A stretch of DNA of 64,000 nucleotides from Anaeramoeba ignava BMAN (Eukaryota > Protista > Anaeramoebae): contig JAPDFW010000122.1 of NCBI GenBank assembly GCA_028826165.1, positions 1 through 64,000 on the forward strand. The letters run 5' to 3'. Below the pieces are notes generated by a model, which saw only the letters and a program-made list of their open reading frames with translations, did no database searches and had not been told where the DNA came from. Shown one piece after another: positions 27,829 to 38,500 of this stretch; the first letter of the stretch is position 1; each line of letters begins with the position of its first letter. A program made the position numbers and the translations under genes.

Positions 27829-30800
27829 ATGAATGAAATTTATCAATCAATTAAAAAAAATGATATTGAATACGTTAATAAAATAAATTTTTCAAATACA
27901 AAATTAGAAAATAATGAAGAAAATAAAGATTTTTTACATTTTGCAATCAAAAAAAATTCGACATTTGAAATGATTAAATTATTAATTGAAAAAGGAATAA
28001 ATCCAAATTCAAATGATAAATTTCGAAACAATTCTCTTCATTTAGCTTTTTTAAACAATTCATCATTTGAAATTATCAAGTTATTAATTGATAAAGGAGT
28101 TGATGTTAATGCAAAAAATAAAGATAATGAAACACCTTTACATTTGGCTTGCAAAAAAATACAAAATTTATCCTTTGAAATTATCAATTATCTTATTGAA
28201 AAAGGAGCTGATATTCATGCCAAAACAGATAAAAATGAAACAGTATTGCATTTAGTGTGTGGCGTCAATCCAAAAGAAGTTGAAGAATATTTGATCGAAA
28301 ACGAAGAATCATCAGTTATTCAATTAGACAAAAAAATAGCTCAAGTTATAAAGTTATTGGTTGAAAAAGGAATTGATATTAATTCTAAAACAAAAGGAAG
28401 TAAAACAGCTTTGCAACTTATTTTCAAAAAAGAGAATCTATCGTTTGAAATTATTAAATTTATGATTGAAAATGGAGCTGATATTGAAAAAGAACAAACA
28501 AAAATGAAACATTTCTTCATCTTGTTTGCCAAAAAGATAATATTTCTCTTGAAATTATGGAATATTTAGTTGAAAAAGGAGTTGATATTAATGCTAAAAC
28601 AAAAGGAAGTAAAACAGCTTTGCAAATTATTTTCAAAAAAGAGAATTTATCGTTTGAAATTATTAAATTTATGATTGAAAATGGAGCTGATATTGAACAA
28701 AGAACAAACAAAAATGAAACATTTCTTCATCTTGTTTGCCAAAAAGATAATATTTCTCTTGAAATTATGGAATATTTAGTTGAAAAAGGAGTTGATATTA
28801 ATGCTAAAACAAATGATCGTGAAACAGCATTATATTTTGTTCTTGCCAAACAAAATTTATCTCCTGAAATTATTAAATTCTTTATTGAATATGGAGTTGA
28901 TATTAATGAGAATATTAAATACGATCAAACAGCTCTTCATTTCATTTGTAAAGAGTTTCATTCCACTGAAATTATTGAATTGTTGATTGAGAATGGAGCT
29001 GATATTAACAAAGTCGATTCTCGGTTTCAAACACCATTTTATATTGCGTCAAAATATAACTCTTCACTTGAAGTGATCAAATATCTTGTTGGAAAGGAAG
29101 CTGATTTGCACTCAAAAGGCAAATATAATGAAAAAATGCCAATCCATTTGGCTTGCAAAAACAATACGTTGGAAATTGTTAAATATTTAGTTGAGAATGG
29201 AGCTGATATTAATAAAAAAGCAATTAGAAATCAAACTCCTCTGTTTTTTGCTTGTCACAGAACATCTTTTGATGTCGCTAAGTTGATAAATAAAGACACA
29301 AATAATCTTGATAAAATCACGAAAAAAAACGGAGAAGTTATAAATGAAAAAACTGATAATGAATCTCTTGAAGTTATCAAGTACCTTATTGGAAAAGGAG
29401 CTGATATTAACGCAAAAACAACTATCAACGAAACACTTTTACATTTTGCGTGTATTCATTCTTCATTTGGAGTCATCAAGTATCTTGTTGAAAAGGGAAT
29501 TGATGTTAACTCTAAAACAGATCAAAATGAATCAGTTTTGCATTATGCTTGTTATCGCAATACATTTGAAGTTATTAAATATTTAATTTCCCAAGGAGCT
29601 GATATAAGCACAAAAACAAATCGAAATGAAACACCTTTGCATTTTGCATGCCATAAGAATTCACTTGAAATTGTCAAATATTTAGTTGAAAAAGGAATTG
29701 ATATTAATGCCAAAACAAATGATGAAAATGAATCTGCATTGCATATTGCTTGCAGAAAAAATTCTTTGGTAGTTATTCAATATTTGGTTGAACAGGGAAT
29801 GGATATTGATGCCAAAACAAAACCTAAAGATGAAACTGCATTGCTTATTGCGTGTAGAAAAAATTCACTCGAAGTTATCCAATATTTAGTTTCAAAAGGA
29901 GCTAATATTCATGCTAAAACAAAAACAAATGAAACAGTTTTGCATATTGTATCTTATGTGAATTCGTCAGAATCTTTGAGATTTTTGATTGAACAAGGAT
30001 TGGATATTGATGAAAAGGATTCAAAGGAAGAAACACCACTTTCTATTGCAATCCGCAACCAAAATCATTATTCAACAAAACTTTTATTAATGAATGATGC
30101 AAATTTTTTTGATTTAAAAGAAAATGAAATGCTTAATGAAAATTACGAGTTAATCACAAAAATTTATTCAATCAACGAAGATATGAATAATTTATTGCAA
30201 TCAAATCAACTTTCAGATTTAACAATTAAATCAAATGATTCTTTCCAATTCCAAGTTCACAAATTGATTTTATTAACAAGATTTGATAATAATGAATCAA
30301 TTCTCCAAAAATTTATCAATAATTGTTATCAAAAACCCAAAAAAGAAGTTGAAATTGCCTTGAATTTCCTTTACACAGGATTTGTTGATTTTGATGATTT
30401 TAATATCTCTTTAGCTCAAAAAATAGCCAAAATTAACAAGGAAAAACTTTTACTTCTTTCTTTTTTGGGTGAATTGCTTGAATCACGTGAATACAAAGAC
30501 AAAAAGAAAAAAGATATTATTTCAGAAATACAAAATAAAGAAAAATTAATTTAAAATTTTTCAAAGAAATTGGGATTGATTCAAATTGGATTGAATTAAA
30601 AAAGGGAAGAAGAAATTTAATAAAAGATTTATCAAAATTATATGAAGAAAATGAAACTAAAGATTTTACAATAATTTGTGAAAATGAAAAAGAAATTAAA
30701 GTTCATAAATTAATATTAATATTAAGAAGTGAATTATTTAAAGGAATGTTTCTAAATGTTCAAGATTCATCAAATCAAGTTCATGATTATTCAGAAAAAT

Positions 30801-31042
30801 CATTTGAAACAATTCAACAATTAATCTATTTCTTTTATCATGATGAATTTGAAGAAAGCAAAATTAATCATAAAATCATTGAAGAATTAAAAGATGCAAA
30901 AGATTATTATCAATTAAATGATAAATCACTTTTGGATTCTTTTTTATCAGATATATTATTAAAATCTTCAAAAAAGAAAAAAAAATGGAATGAAAGAATG
31001 AGATTTATGAACAAAAAAAATAGTGATTGTAAAGTTTTTTAA
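27829..31042 (+). CDS. Ankyrin-array + tandem BTB protein, paralog B (~20 repeats; -1 frameshifts at ~28488 and ~30545)
   Basis: ORFs 27829..28569, 28557..30554 and 30746..31042 join when single bases are restored. The first matches a missing C relative to the internal duplicate; the second is one A fewer than paralog D in GAAAAAATTAAT. Confidence 0.83.
28361..28812 (+). repeat. Recent ~210-nt (two-ankyrin) tandem duplication in paralog B
   Basis: 28501.. and 28711.. are identical for ~100 nt (aaaatgaaacatttcttcatcttgtttgccaaaaagataa...), and the KTKGSKTALQ..FKKENLSFEIIKFMIENGAD unit occurs twice. Confidence 0.9.
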
Positions 31043-31254
31043 TTTAAAAAACAAAATTAAAAAAAATTTAAAAAAAAGGAAAATTTTAAATTTTAATATA
31101 AATAAAAAAAATTTTAAAAAAGAAAAATTGGGAAAAGGATGTGAATTAATTGATCCTTTTTGATCCACCTTCCTTCCCTTTTCCCGTCTTTTCATTTTTT
31201 CTTTACAAATCAAAAATTCAATACAATTCAAAATCTCAAAAATAAAAAATTAAA

Positions 31255-31294
<40 letters not shown>

Positions 31295-31813
31295 AAAATA
31301 AAAATTAAACAAAAAAACAAAAAAACAAAAAAAATTAAACAAAAAAAAACACAAAAAAAACACAAAAAAATTAAAAGGTTTATTCGAATTAACTTTAATT
31401 AAATTTAATTGAGGTTTTTTTCTTCAAAACAAAAAAATTCTCTTTTAGATTTGTTTCTCTTTTCAAAATGATTATTTTTCATTTGATTATTTAATTCAAT
31501 TCATTTAGATTTAGAATTTATTTAAAACCATCAATTTTGAAACTTAAATCGATTCTAAAAGCGAGAAATGCTTAAAAGAACGATAAAATAAAGTTTTAAT
31601 TGAGAAATTTTAAATAAACTTTTAAATTTAAATAAATTGAAATTTAAATAATTCTTTAAATGGAATTTCCAAATTAATCATTTTAAAAAGTTAGAACGGA
31701 GTTAATTTGAATAAATTTTTTTTAAATTTTTTTTTTAATTAATTTTTATTTTTTAATTATTTTTAAGTTCTAAACTGTCCACTTTTTTTTTTTATTTTTA
31801 TTTTTAATTTTAT

Positions 31814-34800
31814 TTATTTTAAAATTAAATCAATTATTGAATTTGGATTTAATTGATAATAATCTTTTGCATCTTGTAATTCTTCAAAATTTCTTGAATT
31901 AAGTTCATTTTCTTCAATTTCATCATGATAAAGAAAATGAATTAATTGTTGAATTGTTTCAAATGATTTTCCTGAATAATCATGAACTTGATTTGATGAA
32001 TCTTGAACATTTAATTGAAACATCCCTTTAAATAATTCACTTCTTAATATTAATATTAATTTATGAACTTTAATTTCTTTTTCATTTTCACAAATTATTG
32101 TAAAATCTTTAGTTTCATTTTCTTCATATAATTTTGATAAATCTTTTATTAAATTTCTTCTTCCCTTTTTCAATTCAATCCAATTTGAATCAATCCCAAT
32201 TTCTTTGAAAAATTCTAAATTAATTTTTCTTTATTTTGTATTTCTGAAATAATATCTTTTTTCTTTTTAATTTCTTTTCTTTTTATGTAGATTCTCTTCA
32301 TCTTCTTTATTATTGTTTGTTTCTGAATTTTGTTCTTCTTTATGCTTTAAATTAATAAAATTTTGTTGGATTTCATCAAAATCAGCGAATCCCGTGTAAA
32401 GGAAATTCAAAGCAATTTCAACTTCTTTTTTGGGTTTTTGATAACAATTATTGATAAATTTTTGGAGAATTGATTCATTATTATCAAATCTTGTTAATAA
32501 AATCAATTTGTGAACTTGAAATTGGAAAGAATCATTTGATTTAATTGTTAAATCTGAAAGTTGATTTGATTGCAATAAATTATTCATATCTTCGTTGACT
32601 GAATAAATTTTTGTGATTAATTCTCTTATTTCATTAAGCATTTCATTTTCTTCTAAATCGAAAAAATTAGCTTCATTCATTAATAATATAATAGTTATCA
32701 CTTTTTTATCATTTTCAATTGATAATTGAAGAGGTGTTTCATTGTTATTGTTTTTGGCATTAATATCTGCTCCTTTGGAAATTAGGTATTTTGTACCTTC
32801 AATTTCATCATAAAATGATTCACAAATTAAATGCAAAGCTGTGTCGCCATCAGTTGTTTTAGCATTGATATCAATTCCGTTTTCCACCAGAAATTTGATA
32901 ACCTCAAATTGCGAAGTAAAGCTGCTGCAAGCATAATGCAAAACTGTTTTGTCCTCATTTGTCTTAGCATTAATATCAGCTCCTTTTTCGATTAAATATT
33001 TGATAATCTCAACCGAAAGATATTTCGAGGCAAAATGCAAAGGTGTCTCATCATCATATTTTGTTTTAGCGTTGACATCCATCCCTTTTTCAATAACATA
33101 TTGGATAGATTCAAGTGATCCAAAAAATGATTGGCAAGCAAGATGCAAAATTGTTTCATCATTGTATGTTTTAGCATTTATATCAGCTCCTTTTTCAATA
33201 AGATACTTGATGGCTTCAAATGAATAGTATTTGCAAACCAAATGCAAAGCTGTTTGGTTTTCATCTGTTTGGGCGTTCATATCAACTCCTTTTTCAATAA
33301 GATAATTGATAATTTCAATACTTGTCGAAGTTCTTTCGCAAGCATAATAAAGAACTGTTTTATTGTGATTTGTTTTAGCATTTATATCAACACCCTTTTC
33401 GACAAGATACTTGATAACTTCAAATGAATTGTTTTGGCACGCCAAGTGTAATGCAGTTTCGTTATAATTTGTTTTGGTATGAATATCAGCTCCATTTTCA
33501 GCGAGATATTTGATGATTTCAATCGAATTAGTTGAGGATGCATAATGAAAGGGTGTTTTATTGAAATCTGATTTAGCATTAATATCAACTCCTTTTTCGA
33601 TTAAATATCTAATGATATCAAGCGACGAATTATATTTGCAGGCATAATGCAATACTGTTTCTTTTCGATTTGTTTTGGCATCAAGATCAAATCCCTTTTC
33701 AATAAGATAATTGATAACTTCAAACGAAACGCTTTGGAAAAAAGCTGAGTGTAAAATTGTTTCTTTCTCGTATTTTGTTCTGGAATCCATTTTGGCTCCG
33801 TTTTCAATAAGATATCGAACAACTTCAACTTTGGTATTATATTTGCATGCATAAATCAAAGGTGTTTCATTTTGGTTTGTTTCGGAATTGATATCAATCC
33901 CTTTTTCGATTAAATACTTCATAAGTTTAAGTGAATAGTTTTCGCATGCGCGATGCAACATAGTTTCATTGGATTTTGTTTTAATATAGATATCAGCTTC
34001 TTGGGAAATCAAGTATTTGAAAACCTTGTATGAATTTGTTTGGGATGCGAAATGTAGGGCTGTTTCGTTGTTGCTTGTCTTTGCGTTGATATTAACCCCC
34101 TTTTTCACAAGGTGTTTGATAACTTGAAGTGTGTTTTTTTTCGATGCATATTGCAAAATTGTCTGGTTCTTGTTTGTTTTAGAATTTATGTAAATGCCTT
34201 TCGAAATCAAATATTTAACAACTTCAACAGAATTTTTTAGACAAGCTAAATGTAATGCTGTTTCATTCGAATCTGTTTTGGCTTTTACATCAAGTCCTTT
34301 TTCAATTAGATATTTGATAACTTCAAGTGAATTTTTTTCACATGCAAAAAGTAATGATGTTTCATTACTATCTATTTTGTCATTTATATCAAGTCCTTTT
34401 GAAATCAAATATTTAATTACTTCAAGCGAATTTTTTTTGCAAGCAAAATGCAATGATGTTTGACCCCAGTCTGTCTTGGCATGTATATTAGCTCCTTTCG
34501 AAATCAAATATTCAATAACTTCAATTGAATTTTTTTCACATGCATAATGAAATGGTACTTGAGTCCATTCTGTTTTAGCATTTACATCAAGTCCTTTTTC
34601 AATTAGATATTTGATAACTTCAAGCGAATTTTTTTCACACGCGAAATGTAAAGCTGTTTCATTATATTTAGTTTCAGCATTTACATCAAGTCCTTTTTCA
34701 ATCAAATATTTGATGACTTCAAGTGTGTTTTTTTGATATGCATAGTGCAATAGTGTATCATCATAATTTGCTTTTGAGTTAATATCAACTCCTTTTGAAA

Positions 34801-35476
34801 TCAAATAGTCAATCACTTCGACTGAGTTCTCCAAACATGCATAATGCAGTGTTGTTTCGTTGAATTCTGTTTTGGCATTTATATCAAAACCTTTTGAAAT
34901 CAAATATTCAATCACATCAACCGAATTACTCAAACATGCATAATGGAGTATTGTATCACCTTTGATTGTTTTTACATTGATATCAATTCCCTTGGAAATC
35001 AAGTACTTAATAATTTCAAGTGATCTTTTTTGGCATGCATAATGCAACCCTGTTTTGTTTGTTGTTGTTTTTGCATGTATGTTAATTCCTTTTGAAATCA
35101 AATACTCTATCATTTTGATTAAATTTTCAGTTTTATAATAAATGATTGAATAATGAAAAAGTGTTTTTTCTTTTTTGTCTTTGGAATTAATTGATATTCC
35201 TTTTGAGAGCAATAATTCAATCACTTCAATTTCTGAATTATTCATAATTGCATGATGTAACGAATTTCTTTCTTTTTCATCAATTCTTTTTAGTTTTGCT
35301 CCTTTTGAAATTAATAATTCAATCATTTCTTTGCTTGCTTTTTTTTCTAATGCAAAATTTAAAATTGTTTTGTGTGTTTCTTTCTTAAATTTTTTTTCTT
35401 CAATATTCTCAATTTTTTTCAATAATTCAATTTGATTTTTTTCAATAATTTCAAGTAAATTATAATTTTCATTCAT
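31814..35476 (-). CDS. Ankyrin-array + tandem BTB protein, paralog C (~27 repeats; frameshift(s) at ~32225-32285)
   Basis: ORF 32267..35476 (ankyrins + BTB1) and ORF 31814..32173 (BTB2) are separated by an A-rich stretch matching paralog B (KKKKDIISEIQNKE). Confidence 0.85.
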
Positions 35477-35515
35477 TTTTATAAAAATAAAAATGAAAAA
35501 AAATGAAAAAAAAAT

Positions 35516-38500
35516 TTATTTTAAAAATAAATCAATTATTGAATTTTGATTTAATTGATAATAATCTTTTGCATCTTTCAATTCTTCATTAATTTCATTA
35601 TTAAATTCAAATTCATCATGATAAAGAAAATAGATAAATTGTTGAATTGTTTCAAATGATTTTCCTGAATAATCATGAACTTGATTTGATGTATCTTGAA
35701 CATTTAATTGAAACATCCCTTTAAATAATTCACTTCTTAATATTAATATTAATTTATGAACTTTGATTTCTTTTTCATTTTCACAAATTATTGTAAAATC
35801 TTTTGTTTCATTTTCTTCATATAATTTTGATAAATCTTTTATTAAATTTCTTCTTCCCTTTTTCAATTCAATCCATTTTGAATCAATTCCAATTTCTTTG
35901 AAAAATTTTAAATTAATTTTTTCTTTATTTTGTATTTCTTTTAATTCAATGTACATTGCATTATTCACTTTTGCTCTTATATCATCCATTTCTCTCCATG
36001 AAATAGTTTTTGAATCAAATAATTTTTCAGACATTTCAATATAATTATTTAACTGGATAACTTTGTGAAGTTTTTCATAATAAACACCAAAATCAGCAAA
36101 TCCTGTGTAAAGGAAATTCAAAGCAATTTCAACTTCTTTTTTGGGTTTTTGATAACAATTATTGATAAATTTTTGGAGGATTGATTCATTATTATCAAAT
36201 CTTTTTAATAAAATCAATTTGTGAACTGAGAACTGGAAAGAATCATTTGATTTAATTGTTAAATCTGAAAATTGATTTAATTGCAATAAATTATTCATAT
36301 CTTCGTTGATTGAATTAATTTTGAGAAACAATTCAATAATTTGTGATGGGATTTGGGATAATCTAGTTTTAAAGATATCGAATCCATAAATGAACAATAT
36401 TGCTATTACTGATGTAATTCCATTTGGGTATTGGTTATTTAAAGAGAGACTGAAAGGCGAAATATTACTTTTATCAAATACATTAACTTCAGCTCCATTT
36501 TTAGCTAATAATTCAACAATTTCATCAGAATTTAATTTTTGTTTGCAAGCATAATGTAGTGGTGTTTCTTCATTAATTTTTGTTTTGGCATTAATATCAG
36601 CTCCATTTGAAATTAAATATCTGATCACTTCAAGCGAATCTTGTTGGTTGTGTTTACAAGCAAGATGCAAAGGTGTTTCTTGGCTGATATTTCTTGAATT
36701 GACATCTATTCCTTTGGAAACCAAATATTCAACAATTTCAATTGAATTTGCTTTTTTGTCACAAAAAATATTCAAAGCTGTTTGCCTTGCAAGTTTTGTT
36801 TCGGCATTAACATCAATTCCGTTCTCAACAAGATATCGGATAACATCGAGTTGAACGTGTTGTTGATGCATGCAAACATAATGCAAAGCAGTTTCATTAT
36901 AGAATGTTTTTGAATTAATATCAATCCCTTTTTCGACAAAATACTTGATAATTTCAAGAGAATTGGAGTTTTTACAAACAGTATGCAAAGCGTCTTGATC
37001 TTCTATTAATGATTTTATTTGTGTGTTTGATTCGTTTTCAACCAACAATTTGATAATTTCAAGTGAATTAGTACGGCAAGCATAATGCAAAGGTATTTCG
37101 TTATTATCATTTTTTGCATTAATATTAGCTCCTTTTTCAATTAAATATTTGATTGTTCCAAATGCTTTTTGTTTGCAAACCAAATGAAGAGGTGTTTGGC
37201 CACTATGAGTTTTGCAATTCACATTAGCCCCTTTTGAGATTAAATATTCAATTATATCAAATGTTTCCTTTTTGGAACAAACACAATGAAGAGGAGTTTC
37301 CTGGTGATATTTATTTCTAGCATCAACATCAGCCCCGTTTTCGACAAGAAATTTAATCATTTCCAATGATTTGTCACGGCAAGCGGTATGCAATATTGTT
37401 TCGTTTTGGTATCCAATTCCGTTGATATTTGCTCCCTTTTCGATTAGATATTTGATAAGATCTTTTGAATTATTTTTGTAAGCATAAAAAAAGGGAACTT
37501 CTTTTTGGTTGCCGTGCTTGTTTCTTATATGAATATCTGCTCCACTTTCAATTAAAAACTTGATAATTTCAAAGGAATTATTTTGGAAAGCAACTGATAA
37601 AGGTGTTTCATGTCTTGTTAATATTCGATTAATGTTAGCTCCTTTCTCAACTAGATATTTAATAACTTCAAATGGTGCATTATGTTTGCACGCATAATAC
37701 AAAGGAGTTCTATTTCCATTAATTGCATTTATATATAAGCCTCTTGAAAGCAGGTATTTAATAATTTCAAGCGAACATTTTTGTTCACAAGCAAAATGCA
37801 AAAGTGTTTTTTTCGGAAGTTCAATTTGAAATAAATTTATTCCTTTTTCATCAAAATATTTAATCATTTCAATAGAGTTTTTTCTTAATGCAATATGGAA
37901 TACTGTCTCTCTATAAAACGAGTTTTTCTGTAATTGGATTCCTTTTTCAACCAGATATCTAATAATTTCAAATGAATTATTTTCGCAAGCAAAATTTAAA
38001 GCTGTTTCATAATGAGATGTTTTAGCATTAATATCTATTCCTTTTTCAATTAGATATTTGACAACTTCCAATTTATTTTTATGACATGCAAAATGTAAAG
38101 ATGTTTTTTCTAGATTTGTTTTATCGTTAATATTAGCTCCTTTTTGTATCAAATATTCTATAATCCACAATGGATTATTTTCACATGCAAAATGCAGAAC
38201 TGTTTTATTTTCATTCGTTTTTGCATTAATATTAGCTCCATTTTCAACAAGATATGTGATAACTTCAAGAGAATTATTCTGAGATGCAAAATGCAGAGCT
38301 GTTTCGTTTTTGTTTGTTTTGAAATTAATATCAGCTCCTTTTTCAACAACATACTTGACAATTCCAATTAAATTATTTTGAGATGCAAAATGTAAAATTG
38401 TTTGGTTTTGATCTACTTTAGAATTAATTCCAACTCCTTTTTCAATAAGATATTTGATAATTTCCAAAGAATTTTTTTCACATGCCAAATACAAAATTTT

